DNA from: Dehalococcoidia bacterium
GTDB taxonomy: Bacteria > Chloroflexota > Dehalococcoidia > Lucifugimonadales > GCA-2712585
Direction: 5' to 3'
Assembly (NCBI GenBank): GCA_965247585.1
Contig: CBDFHC010000004.1
Span: 881,460 to 945,459 of the forward strand
DNA length: 64,000 nucleotides
Below are positions 28,176 through 37,799 of the stretch, one piece after another (within the stretch, counting starts at the first letter, position 1; every line of letters begins with the position of its first letter). The position numbers and the translations under genes were made by a program. The notes under the pieces were generated by a model. It was not told the DNA's origin and did not search any database. It saw only the letters and a program-made list of their open reading frames with translations.

Positions 28176-29588
28176 CTAGCTCCGCCGAATGAGCCGCCGC
28201 AAGGGCATGAACCCCAAGGGACCCGCCAGCAATACGAAGAAGAATGCATCTGTAGGGATGGCGGCGCTGGAGCCTGAAGCGCGGTTGCAGCCCGGGCTTG
28301 TCCTAACGTCCTCACCCTCATCCTCGCTGGGCATGGCCGTGTGCACCGACGCCGGGGTGCTTCTCAGCGCCGGTGTAGGGCTGGCCGTGGGCGCGGGTTC
28401 TCGTACAGCCTCAGCCTCGGATGCCGCCTCAGGCGGGCCCTCCGCATCCAGCTCCCCTTCTTCCAGTGGACGCAGGCCAATCCAGTTTCGCCACTCCGTG
28501 TCCAGGCCCCGCTGATCAAAGCCGTAAACCTGGGTCAGCGCCCGGTCTACTGACAGCGTAGCGTCAAGCGTCCGCATGAACTGGGACATCTTCTCTTCGC
28601 CATAGGAATTGACCAAGTAAGCTACCACGGAGCGGGACTGGCCGTATCCAATTATCACGTCGTCAGGGCCACCGCTAAACGACTGAAGGTGCCAAAGCGG
28701 CTTCACACGCCGGGTATAGATTCCGTACAGCAGGGCGTCGTCGTAAGATTCGCTGGGGGCAATGTTTCCAAACTCGGCCAGTCCTTCGTTCAGCCAGATG
28801 GGCAGAACGGCATAGCCTCGGCCGGCGGCATCATCAATCAGAATGTGGGTAACTTCGTGCGAGGTGATGCCGGCAATATCCTCGTCGAAGGCCAGCACCA
28901 GCAGCACCCTGATTTCGGTGAACGCCTGTCCCTGGGTAACCAGGTCCTCCCGCACCGCCTGGGACCGCGGCGGCAGGGCCACTACCATATGCCGGTAGTT
29001 ATTGTAAGCGATTATGTTAATTGGCTCGATCTCTGCCACCCCCAGCACCCTGGACATCTTGATGACCGCCTCCTGGGCGGACCGGAGTACGGTTTCGGCC
29101 CTCTTCTCCGTGGGGCCGTAGTGGTAAACGGTCAGCGGCCCCTCTGACATGGTGACCCATTCAAAGCGAGAGTCCAGATAAACGAACTCCTTCTCTTTGG
29201 TGCGAAGCACGTTGCCAGCCTGGTCCCGCACCTCAAAGGAGTAGACGAATTTTGCCCCTGCAGGGATGAAGCCCCCAACTCCCCCGCCGGTATCCAGGAA
29301 GAAGCTGCCCTCCACACTGTTACCGGGCTCCAACTCCACGTGGCCGTAGGATGTGGTAGAGGTGAGTTCTGACTTGTAGAACACCCGTATCTCTTCAATG
29401 GGGCTGCTGCTCTCCACGGAGATCTCAAAGGTAACCCCGTTCGGAAACTGGCTGGTCGCCTCTTCGAAATTAACAACTATTTCGTCCTCACCCGTGGCCG
29501 CCGCGATACCTGCCAACCCCACGGTGAACATGACAACAAAAACAATGAACAGTATCCGGATGTATGGCACAGTCTTCCCTTCTTCCAT
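28176..29588 (-). CDS. membrane-anchored zinc metallopeptidase-like protein (peptidase MA, HExxH...NEGxAEF)
   Basis: 470 aa. N-terminal TM, then SHEVTHILID (HExxH) and WLNEGLAEF. Has a Pro/Ala/Ser/Glu-rich linker and a C-terminal Cys-TM-Arg-rich tail. Confidence 0.6.
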   Translation of the reverse strand: MEEGKTVPYIRILFIVFVVMFTVGLAGIAAATGEDEIVVNFEEATSQFPNGVTFEISVESSSPIEEIRVFYKSELTSTTSYGHVELEPGNSVEGSFFLDTGGGVGGFIPAGAKFVYSFEVRDQAGNVLRTKEKEFVYLDSRFEWVTMSEGPLTVYHYGPTEKRAETVLRSAQEAVIKMSRVLGVAEIEPINIIAYNNYRHMVVALPPRSQAVREDLVTQGQAFTEIRVLLVLAFDEDIAGITSHEVTHILIDDAAGRGYAVLPIWLNEGLAEFGNIAPSESYDDALLYGIYTRRVKPLWHLQSFSGGPDDVIIGYGQSRSVVAYLVNSYGEEKMSQFMRTLDATLSVDRALTQVYGFDQRGLDTEWRNWIGLRPLEEGELDAEGPPEAASEAEAVREPAPTASPTPALRSTPASVHTAMPSEDEGEDVRTSPGCNRASGSSAAIPTDAFFFVLLAGPLGFMPLRRLIRRS

Positions 29589-29863
29589 GCATCTTAGCCT
29601 ATGGTCAAACCCCTCATCAACAGGTGTACGTGCAACCGGCAGATAAGGATTGACAGCCTGCCTTAATTGGATGCATGGCTTGGGACGATCGTCACCTGAC
29701 GTTCAACGTATTCCGAGCGAATAGAACTCGAAATTCACCGAATCGTTGCCAGGTGCGCCGGAACCGCTATGTTATAATACGCCGGTACACCCGGCAGGGT
29801 GGTTTAACACCCAAATGCTAATACTCCGCAGTCGCGCAAGGACTGCATTCAGGTCAGGCGATT

Positions 29864-30304
29864 ATGCGACAGTCAAGCTTCCAGATGAGTCCTCCAACGC
29901 TGATCTTTATCGGCATCGCACTCTGCGCGTTCGGGCTCTGGATCTTCTATACAGGTCAAAAGAACGATATCACCAGGAACCTGATCGTCGGCGGGGTGGC
30001 GGGCGTGGCGGTGCTGGCCGGCGTCCTCATTGCCCAGTCCACCAAGAGACGCAGCGGGAGCCCGTCTGCGCCCAAGGCCACCCGGGAGGAGCGCCGCAGC
30101 GCCCGGGAGGCCCGTCGCCAACGGGCCACCATTGGGCGCCAGCCCTCCGGCGAAGCGCCACCGGCCTCTGAAGCTCCCACCGCGGCGCATGTTGAACCGG
30201 TACATTCCACAGACCCCGGGCCTGCCCCCGCGGCGGCAGCTCCGGCGGTCCCGCCCCCCCCCACCCCCCAGGCCCAGATACGATGTATCCGGGCTACAGG
30301 GTGA
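29864..30304 (+). CDS. membrane protein, N-terminal part of a gene apparently split at a C9 tract
   Basis: Two TM helices (LIFIGIALCAFGLWIFY, LIVGGVAGVAVLAGVLIA), then a basic and Pro/Ala-rich region. The frame ends 40 nt after the C9 run at 30254-30262. Confidence 0.55.
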   Translation: MRQSSFQMSPPTLIFIGIALCAFGLWIFYTGQKNDITRNLIVGGVAGVAVLAGVLIAQSTKRRSGSPSAPKATREERRSAREARRQRATIGRQPSGEAPPASEAPTAAHVEPVHSTDPGPAPAAAAPAVPPPPTPQAQIRCIRATG

Positions 30305-31430
30305 CCTGCTGGACCAGGCGTGGGCCGAAGTTGAGGAGTCGAGACGGCGCGCCCGTGCGGAGCTGGAAGCCTCCGTGGAAGCCCGCCAGGCCGCCGAACG
30401 GCTCCAAAGCTACACCCAACGCATGCTGGAACACAGCGACCTTTTGCGCCAGGAGGTGACCCAGGCCCGCGAGAAGGCCAACGAAGCCATGGAAGAGGCT
30501 TTCCGCGCTGCTGGAGAGGCCAGGTCGCACAGGGATGAGATGTTTGAACGGCTGGAAGAAGCCCGAAAAGTAGAGCAAGAAACCCGTGAAATGCACCGGA
30601 TGGTGTCAGAGTCGCTATCGCAGGCCCGGGCCCTCAGGGATGAGGCCGAACACACCCGCCAGGACGCCCTGAGACTGCTGAGAGAGGTAGAGACGGTACG
30701 ACAGGAAACCATCAGCATCATGCGCTCCCAGCGGTCCGCTCCGCCCGTTGAGATTCCAACCAGCGAAGAAGCGAAGGCGCCGAGCCCTGCCGCCACTGTT
30801 CCGGAGCCGGCGGTGGATCCTGTGGCGCCTCCGCAACCTGCGGCGGTTGAGCCCCCCACCACGGCAGCCGAGGCGCCGAGAAGCCACCTGGACGTGCCTA
30901 GCCTGGATAACGCCGAGCCATTGATGACTTCTGAGGAGATTGACAGGCTGAGTGTGGAGCTTGAGAGCCTGCTGAGCACCTTTGGCTCCAGCCCGCAACC
31001 GGCTCCAGTGGAATCGCCAGCACCACAGCCAAGCAAGGCGTACTCACGGGAAGAGAGCCCGGATGAAAGTCTGGCTCCCGGAGAGCGGATCCCAGACATG
31101 AACGAACTCCTCCAAGGCCTCCAGTCCACGGAGGATTCAACGGCTCAGGACGGTCCCTCGCACCGCATATACACCGGCCAGCTAACGCTGCTGATCACAC
31201 CGCATCCCACCGCCGATGCGGTGCAAGAGGTTTGGACCTCCATCGAAGGCCTGGTGGGAAGCGGGCAAGTCCTCAGTTCCCGGCCCACCAGCGATGCAAC
31301 AGCCCTGGAGATGGTGCTGGACCTAGGTACAGAGAGCATCAGCAGCCAGGAAGTGTTGGCGGCATTTCCCGGAGCGCGGATGACCGACTCCAACGGGGAC
31401 CAGCTAACGGTAAGCCTTCCAAGGTCGTAA
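30264..31430 (+). CDS. coiled-coil / low-complexity protein, C-terminal part of the split gene (frame +1 relative to 29864 ORF)
   Basis: This frame carries a long Glu/Arg/Ala-rich heptad-like region (AWAEVEESRRRARAELEASVEARQAAERLQ...). The only upstream ATG (30189) would overlap the previous ORF by 116 nt. No convincing independent start. Confidence 0.5.
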   Translation, partial: PPRPRYDVSGLQGDLLDQAWAEVEESRRRARAELEASVEARQAAERLQSYTQRMLEHSDLLRQEVTQAREKANEAMEEAFRAAGEARSHRDEMFERLEEARKVEQETREMHRMVSESLSQARALRDEAEHTRQDALRLLREVETVRQETISIMRSQRSAPPVEIPTSEEAKAPSPAATVPEPAVDPVAPPQPAAVEPPTTAAEAPRSHLDVPSLDNAEPLMTSEEIDRLSVELESLLSTFGSSPQPAPVESPAPQPSKAYSREESPDESLAPGERIPDMNELLQGLQSTEDSTAQDGPSHRIYTGQLTLLITPHPTADAVQEVWTSIEGLVGSGQVLSSRPTSDATALEMVLDLGTESISSQEVLAAFPGARMTDSNGDQLTVSLPRS

Positions 31431-31579
31431 TCAATCCGCGGCGCAGGGTCCTTTTCTGGTCCAAACCAAGCGCTCATCTAGCGCTTAATTAATGAAAGCC
31501 CGTGCCCACAGCCATCCATCCAGGAAAATCAGACCAAACGCGCCGTAACGGAAATTGATCAATATTCTAGTAAAATCGC

Positions 31580-31608
31580 TTGACACTGTCTTCTAGAACA
31601 TTTATAAT
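31580..31608 (+). promoter_or_regulatory. perfect-consensus sigma70 promoter (TTGACA-17 nt-TATAAT)
   Basis: TTGACA at 31580-31585, a 17-nt spacer, then TATAAT at 31603-31608, in an AT-rich spacer about 80 nt upstream of the PilB/GspE-like gene. Confidence 0.55.
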
Positions 31609-31690
31609 TAGTTATCATCAGTGTAGTGTACCCACCGATAACTCGGTTAAGAAATTAACCTAAAACAACTGCAAGAGATTCACTTAGGTT

Positions 31691-33463
31691 TTGGTCAACA
31701 AAAAAGACATCAGCCGGTTGGACGAGCAGATCGCCCGCCTTCTTGTAGAGGGCGGGTTTGTCAGTGATGAAAACGTCCAAGAGGCCTTGACTCAGGTCAA
31801 AGAGCGGAACATCAGTCTTCGGGAGGCGCTGGTCTCCGGCAACGTGATCAGCGACCAAACGTACAGCACCTTCCTCAGCGTTCAACTCCGCGTGCCGCTG
31901 GTGGACCTGCGTCAGGTACAGGTCAGCGAAGAAGCAGTGAAGCTAGTGCCGGAGGATGTGGCTGTTCGTTTCAAGGCGCTGCCTTTGGGAGTGGATGGCA
32001 ACACCCTGCGTGTGGCGATGGACAACCCGCAGGACATGGATGCTGTCAACACCTTAAGCACGGTGACCGGCTACGAAATACGCCCGCGGCTTCCCATAGA
32101 AGGAACTGTCACCAACCTGCTGAACCGGTACTATCGCAGCACTCCCAAGGTTGAGCACGAGTTGGAGTCCCTGTTGGGAGCGCCCGCCGGCGTGGAGCAG
32201 CCTGGGTTTGCTGACATTGGGGCGTATGCACAGCCGCAACCGGCTATGGCCGGCGCGGCAGTGGCAGCGGAGCCCTTGCTGCCGGAAGCGGAGATTAGCC
32301 GGGCCCCCATAGTGCAGGCGCTGGACATGGTAATAAACCAGGCGGTGCAGGAGCGGGCGTCAGATATACACATAGAACCCATGGAAGAGAACGTCCGCAT
32401 CCGCTACCGGATAGACGGCGTGCTTCAGCAGGCGGCAATTCTACCCCAGGGAGTCCATTCCGCGCTGATATCCAGGATAAAGGTGGTGAGCGGCATGGAC
32501 ATTGCCGAGCACCGGCGGCCCCAGGACGGCCACTTCTCCCGCAAGTTTGGCAGCGAGAACGTGGACTTTCGCGTCGCCAGCATGGACACGTCTCAAGGCG
32601 AAAAGATCGTCATCAGAATCCTGAACAAAGGGGCTGCGGTCCTTTCCCTGGGGGAGATGGGCTTCCTCCCGGATACGCTTCAGATCTACAAGCAGCTCTT
32701 GGAAGCCCCCTTCGGAATGATCATGGTCAGCGGGCCCACCGGCTCAGGAAAGACCACGTCGCTCTATGCGTCACTTCTCACGTTGGACTCCTCCGCGCGC
32801 AACATCGCCACGGTGGAAGACCCGGTGGAGTACCAGTTTGAAGGGGTGAGCCAAACGCAGGTGAACGAGCAGGCGGGCGTGACCTTCGCCAGCGGGCTCC
32901 GGGGTCTCTTGCGGATGGACCCAGACGTGATCCTGGTGGGTGAGATTCGTGACAGCGAGACCGCGTCCGTGGCGGTGCAGTCGGCACTAACCGGACACCA
33001 GGTGCTGACATCCATCCACGCCAACGATGCCGCGTCCGCCATTATTCGGCTCAGGGACCTGGGCGTTGAGCCCTTCTTGGTCACCTCGGCCATCATTGGC
33101 AGCGTGGCCCAGCGCCTGGTGCGCAAAGTATGCCCTTACTGCCGGACGCTGGTCACCGTGACTCCGCAGGAAACCGCCGCCTACCAGATGGAGATGAACG
33201 AGGTCCGCACCCAGTTTTACGTGGGCCGGGGCTGCAACATCTGCGCCAGGTCCGGTTATCTGGGACGCATCGGGGTATATGAGGTCATGGTCATAACCGA
33301 GCCCCTGCGGCGCATTATTGTGGAAAACGGGACGGCGGACGACATTCGTGAGCAGGCCAAGAAAGAGGGCTTCGCCAGCATGAGGCACGATGGCATGCTC
33401 AAGGCAAAAGACGGCATCACCACTCCCTACGAGGTGATGCGCAACGTTTTCAGCATCACCTAG
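31691..33463 (+). CDS. type II/IV secretion-system ATPase (GspE/PilB family)
   Basis: 590 aa. Two T2SSE_N-like N-terminal repeats, Walker A GPTGSGKTT, Asp/His boxes, and a tetracysteine motif (CPYC...CNIC). TTG start is uncertain. Confidence 0.9.
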   Translation: MVNKKDISRLDEQIARLLVEGGFVSDENVQEALTQVKERNISLREALVSGNVISDQTYSTFLSVQLRVPLVDLRQVQVSEEAVKLVPEDVAVRFKALPLGVDGNTLRVAMDNPQDMDAVNTLSTVTGYEIRPRLPIEGTVTNLLNRYYRSTPKVEHELESLLGAPAGVEQPGFADIGAYAQPQPAMAGAAVAAEPLLPEAEISRAPIVQALDMVINQAVQERASDIHIEPMEENVRIRYRIDGVLQQAAILPQGVHSALISRIKVVSGMDIAEHRRPQDGHFSRKFGSENVDFRVASMDTSQGEKIVIRILNKGAAVLSLGEMGFLPDTLQIYKQLLEAPFGMIMVSGPTGSGKTTSLYASLLTLDSSARNIATVEDPVEYQFEGVSQTQVNEQAGVTFASGLRGLLRMDPDVILVGEIRDSETASVAVQSALTGHQVLTSIHANDAASAIIRLRDLGVEPFLVTSAIIGSVAQRLVRKVCPYCRTLVTVTPQETAAYQMEMNEVRTQFYVGRGCNICARSGYLGRIGVYEVMVITEPLRRIIVENGTADDIREQAKKEGFASMRHDGMLKAKDGITTPYEVMRNVFSIT

Positions 33464-33724
33464 CCGCCGCGCCCCCCACTCTATATGTGCATATTATACT
33501 GGAGAAGCCGACCTCTGTCAATGAAGTTACGCTATAATAACGTCAAGATATGTAATGTGTAACTTTATTGTAACCAATAAATGCGCGCCTGGGTTTGGCG
33601 TTTAACCAACACCGCCCACCAAACCAATTGCCTGCTTTCCTCGCGCGTCTCTGGCGCTTTTTTCTTGGTGACTCCGGTACGGTAATTTGCTGGGAAACCC
33701 AGTGAAGGCCGGCAGAAATCCTAT

Positions 33725-33754
33725 TTGACACCCTTTCCCCCGGGATATCAGAAT
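33725..33754 (+). promoter_or_regulatory. promoter candidate (TTGACA-18 nt-CAGAAT)
   Basis: TTGACA at 33725-33730 and CAGAAT at 33749-33754. The implied transcription start argues for the radC start at 33792 rather than 33753. Confidence 0.35.
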
Positions 33755-33791
33755 GTCCCCTTCAAAAGTTTTTTCGATTGAGGACGTCATA

Positions 33792-34502
33792 ATGGCCATG
33801 GTGGAAAGGATTCCCTACACTTCAACGATACGAGATATGCCCCTGGGAGAGCGTCCCAGGGAGCGCCTCAAGAAGGCGGGTCCCGCCGCCTTGAGCAACG
33901 TAGAGCTGCTGGCTATTCTCCTTCGCACAGGTGTCACTGGAGAAGGTGTGGTGGCGATGGCAAGCAGGTTGATCACGCGCTTCCAGGGTCTGGCCGGGCT
34001 GGCCAGAGCGTCGTACTCAGAGCTGTGCGCTGAGCATGGGATAAGCGAAGCCAAAGCCTCGCAACTGCTGGCGGCGCTGGGGCTGGGCCGGAGATATGCA
34101 TCGCTCCAGCCTGAGGAAACTCCGGTTATCACCTCGCCTCAGGACGTGGCAAACCTCCTGATGGGTGAGATGAGCTATCTGGCCCAGGAGCACCTACGAG
34201 TGGTGCTGCTGAACACCAAGAACCAAGTCGTAGGTATAAGCCAAGTTTACGTGGGAAACGTGAATTCCTCCGTTATACGCAGCGCCGAGGTGGTCCGTCC
34301 AGCCGTGCGTCAGAACTGTCCGGCATTCATTGTCGTACACAATCATCCCTCCGGGGACCCGACTCCCAGCGACGACGACATCGCCGTAACGCGGCAACTG
34401 GCGGACGCGGCGACGTTGCTCGACATCGAAATGTTGGACCACGTGGTCATCGGAAGCGGTAACCGCTGGGTCAGCATGAAGGATAAGGGCCTGGGATTCT
34501 AG
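33792..34502 (+). CDS. radC: RadC-family (JAB/MPN domain) protein
   Basis: RPRERL...[14 protein letters not shown] (HhH region) and C-terminal [14 protein letters not shown] (JAMM motif). GAGGA lies 7 nt upstream of ATG 33792. Confidence 0.85.
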   Translation: MAMVERIPYTSTIRDMPLGERPRERLKKAGPAALSNVELLAILLRTGVTGEGVVAMASRLITRFQGLAGLARASYSELCAEHGISEAKASQLLAALGLGRRYASLQPEETPVITSPQDVANLLMGEMSYLAQEHLRVVLLNTKNQVVGISQVYVGNVNSSVIRSAEVVRPAVRQNCPAFIVVHNHPSGDPTPSDDDIAVTRQLADAATLLDIEMLDHVVIGSGNRWVSMKDKGLGF

Positions 34503-34790
34503 GTGCGTGGGCCAGCCTGGGACCAGAAAATAGCCGGTTCGACTGGCCCCGGTTGGCCTCTTTATCAATTATAGGCCTCAATCTCCAAACCTAATCAGAC
34601 TTAAGCGCCACCGTGGATCTCACTTCAATTCTGATGCTCACCAAATTCCTTGTAGACGGTCCACCAAGATCCAACAGCCCGCTCTGGAATCTCCCTCCCT
34701 GGCGTTCCGGTCAGTCAGAACCTGCATGTTATAGTCCACGCCATAGACGGTTGATACATTCTCTACCACACGCCTTAAAGGAGAACCCAG

Positions 34791-35117
34791 ATGGCCTTCT
34801 ACAAAGCCGAAGACCGGACCCCAAAGGAGATCGTCCCCGGAGGGACTATCCGTACGTTTTGGGGTGAGAACACCCTGCTTTCGCTGGTGGACATAGAAGC
34901 GGGAGCGGAGGTGCCAATGCACACCCATCCACACGAGCAGTCCGGGATTGTCCTGGAGGGGAACCTGGAACTAGGGGTGTCCGGAGATGTCCGGGTACTG
35001 AAGCCGGGGGAGATGTACATCATCCCGGGTAACGTTGAGCATTACGCCAAGGCCGTGGGCTCTCGCGCCCGAGCGCTGGACATATTCAGCCCGGTGCGTG
35101 AAGAGTTCAAGTACTAG
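34791..35117 (+). CDS. cupin-domain protein
   Basis: 108 aa, with the cupin motifs G.EVPMHTHPHEQ and PGNVEH. Confidence 0.8.
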   Translation: MAFYKAEDRTPKEIVPGGTIRTFWGENTLLSLVDIEAGAEVPMHTHPHEQSGIVLEGNLELGVSGDVRVLKPGEMYIIPGNVEHYAKAVGSRARALDIFSPVREEFKY

Positions 35118-35258
35118 CGCCGGTTGGGCTCTGCGTCCGATTGTACCTAGGCGCTTAGAAGCCATCCAAGGCCTGAATGATTGGCAGGACCGGACAGATG
35201 ACCACCCCGCCGCCCAGGTGGGCCGACGGGATTACTAGAAGAATCCGATCCCCGTGAT

Positions 35259-36599
35259 CTATGAGGGACCGTTAAAACGCAGGTATTCCGGGTCTATATC
35301 CTGTATCCAGCCTAGCTCTTTTTGCCGTTCCAGCGGCAGAGGGCGGGGGCCATTGGTGCCCCACGGGGTTCGGCCCACTACCTGCTGTTGCTCCAGCCGG
35401 TCAATCTCCTCCTGGGACATATCCAATAGCTCCCGGAGTACGTACTCGTTAGCCTCACCCAACGCGGGGCCGGGCCTCCTTGACGGAAACTCGATTCCCG
35501 AGAAACGCCAGCCCCGGCTCAGGTAGGCCCTGTTACCCATCCCGCTCTCCTCCGGATGGCTGGCAACCTCAAAAAATCCCCGCTCCCTAAAATGCGGGTC
35601 CCTGAAGAGGTCTCCGCTCTTGAGCGCCGGGCCACAAGGAACCCCGGCGGCCTGAAGTTGGTGCATCACCTCGTACTTGTCGCGGCCCCGGGTCCAGTCA
35701 CTCAACAGGGCGTCTATCTCCTCCTGCCGGCCATAGCGGCCCGCTACGTCGGCGTACCGAGGATCGGATGCCAGTTCCGGCATCCCCATCGCCCGGCAAA
35801 GGGCCGTCCACTGGCCGTCGTTCTGTACGGCCAGCACCATCCACTCGTCCTCGCCGCGGCACGGGTAGCAACCGTGGGGCGCGAAGGCGCGGTGCCGGTT
35901 TCCCAGCGGTCGCTGTCGCCTACCGTTGAAAGCGAAGTCCAGAATCCCCTCGCCGACAAACGCAGCGCCCACCTGATACATGGCCAGGTCCACCCAAAGA
36001 CCCCGCCCGGTGCGGGCGCGGTGTATCAACCCGGCCATCACTGCGAATACGGCGGTCCACGCCGCAATGAAATCTGTGTATGAATTGCCTATTTTCGCCG
36101 GGATCCCATCATAGGCCATGAAGGCGCTGGAGCCGTGGGTAGGCTCCATGGTGGCGGCCACGCCACCGTAGGCACTCCAGGGGCCAGAGTGCCCGTAACC
36201 GGTATTGGACACCGCAATGACGTCCGGCTTTATCTTGCGCAGATTGGCGTAGTCCAACTCAAAGCGCCGGGTAACTCTGGGCGTGTAGTTCTCAATGGTG
36301 ATGTCAGAGAGCGCTATAAGCCGGCGCAGAATTTGCAGGGCATCTTTACTTCTTAGGTCCAGGGTGAGGCTTCGCTTCCCCCGGTTCAGCGTGTGGAACG
36401 TACCAGACCGCTCCCACCAGCTTTCACCGGGCTCGTTCCCTGGCAGCGCGTGTAGCTGAAGGCGGGAATCCGGCAGGTGACACGCCTCCACTCGAATTAC
36501 CTCGGCGCCCAAGTCCGCCAGAAACCCACCGGCGTAGGGCATGGCGAAGACACGGCTCAGGTCAACGACCCTAATGCCCTCCAGTGGCAGGCCGGCCAT
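35259..36599 (-). CDS. family III CoA-transferase (CaiB/BaiF family)
   Basis: LEGIRVVDLSRVFAMPYAGGFLADLGAEVIRVE is the canonical family III N-terminus. The start ATG overlaps the upstream stop (TGATG). Confidence 0.85.
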   Translation of the reverse strand: MAGLPLEGIRVVDLSRVFAMPYAGGFLADLGAEVIRVEACHLPDSRLQLHALPGNEPGESWWERSGTFHTLNRGKRSLTLDLRSKDALQILRRLIALSDITIENYTPRVTRRFELDYANLRKIKPDVIAVSNTGYGHSGPWSAYGGVAATMEPTHGSSAFMAYDGIPAKIGNSYTDFIAAWTAVFAVMAGLIHRARTGRGLWVDLAMYQVGAAFVGEGILDFAFNGRRQRPLGNRHRAFAPHGCYPCRGEDEWMVLAVQNDGQWTALCRAMGMPELASDPRYADVAGRYGRQEEIDALLSDWTRGRDKYEVMHQLQAAGVPCGPALKSGDLFRDPHFRERGFFEVASHPEESGMGNRAYLSRGWRFSGIEFPSRRPGPALGEANEYVLRELLDMSQEEIDRLEQQQVVGRTPWGTNGPRPLPLERQKELGWIQDIDPEYLRFNGPS

Positions 36600-37795
36600 C
36601 ACACCACCCCCAACTGCCGGTACCGCACCAAGTCCTGTCGCGTCAGACCCAAAAGCTCGCCATATACCTCCGCGTTATGTTCACCCAGCAGGGGAGCTGG
36701 ACGCCTGGCTTGGAAGGACCCCTCGTTCAACCTGACGACTTCTCCGGGATAGGACACCGCGCCAGCCACCGGATGATCCACGTTCACATAGAAGTCTCGG
36801 GCCTGGAGTTGGGGACACTCGAACAGGTCTCCCGCGTCCTGGACCATGCCGAAAAGAAGCCGACGCTCGGCCGAGGCGTGGAACAGCTCTTTTTTGTCCC
36901 ATTCCCGCAGCCCTTGAAGCAGAAGCTCTCGCAGGTCGTCACCATTGTCCATACGGCCTTCAGAACTAGCGAACTTGGAGTCTTTTAGCTCCTCAACACC
37001 CACCAGTTCCGCCACGGTGTCCCAAGGCTGGGAGCCCTGAGCCGAAGGCAGGCAAAAACCGTCACGGCAGGGCATTATCTCCTCCAACCCGGAGTTCCGC
37101 GGCGATCGCCGGCCCCGGACCGCCCCCATATAGGCGTAAGCGGATGCCGACTGGATCAGGTGGGTGGCCATGCACTCCACAATGGAGACGTCAACGTGCT
37201 GTCCTTCGCCGGTGGACATTCGATGGAATAGCGCAATAAGGGAAGCGCCGGCGGCGTTCACCCCGGCCACATAGTGAGACTGGTCCAGACCGTTCCGCAG
37301 AGGTTCTTTGTCGGAGTCTCCAGACAGGTACATCAGTCCGCTCATGGCGCAGGTGACAATGTCGTCGGCGGTGAAGTCTCTGTACGGCCCCGTCTGCCCA
37401 AAGGGGGTGACGGAAGTGACCACAACCTGAGGGTTCGCCTGCCTTAACTCTTGGTAGCCCAGCCCCAGTCCGTCAAGGTGGCCCGGCTTGAACCCTTCCA
37501 CCACCACATCGGCCCAGCGCGCTAAGTCCAGCAGCGTCTTGCGACCCAACGAGGCGGTTAAGTCCAGGGTTACGCCCCGCTTATTGGTGTTCAGGTAGAG
37601 GAAAGGGATGCTCTTTTCCAGATGGGGGTCATCACAGGCAAAGGGTCCTGCTTGCCGTAACGGGTCTCCGCGGCCCGGTGGCTCTACCTTGACCACCTCG
37701 GCGCCGTAGTCCGCCAGCATCCGAGAGCAAAACGATGCCGGCGTCCCCGGCCCCAGGTCCAGCGCCTTCACTCCTTGGAGCACGCCGCCAAGCAT
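36599..37795 (-). CDS. family III CoA-transferase (CaiB/BaiF family)
   Basis: ORF trimmed to MLGGVLQGVKALDLGPGTPASFCSRMLADYGAEVVKVE, starting 4 nt after the upstream stop. Confidence 0.85.
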   Translation of the reverse strand: MLGGVLQGVKALDLGPGTPASFCSRMLADYGAEVVKVEPPGRGDPLRQAGPFACDDPHLEKSIPFLYLNTNKRGVTLDLTASLGRKTLLDLARWADVVVEGFKPGHLDGLGLGYQELRQANPQVVVTSVTPFGQTGPYRDFTADDIVTCAMSGLMYLSGDSDKEPLRNGLDQSHYVAGVNAAGASLIALFHRMSTGEGQHVDVSIVECMATHLIQSASAYAYMGAVRGRRSPRNSGLEEIMPCRDGFCLPSAQGSQPWDTVAELVGVEELKDSKFASSEGRMDNGDDLRELLLQGLREWDKKELFHASAERRLLFGMVQDAGDLFECPQLQARDFYVNVDHPVAGAVSYPGEVVRLNEGSFQARRPAPLLGEHNAEVYGELLGLTRQDLVRYRQLGVV

Positions 37796-37799
37796 AGCC

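Noticed and set aside
30030-30263. N-terminal 78 codons of the 466-aa ORF (Pro/Arg-rich)
   Set aside because: This stretch overlaps the better-supported membrane-protein frame. The apparent coding is a by-product of G+C-rich sequence. The frames are better explained by a slip at the C9 tract.
33464-33752. AT-rich spacer after the PilB-like gene checked for tmRNA, SRP RNA, RNase P or 6S hallmarks and for a small ORF
   Set aside because: None of the diagnostic motifs were seen. The listed minus-strand ORFs (33543-33731, 33602-33799) have no RBS and implausible composition. There is only a weak GCGC hairpin with a T-tract.
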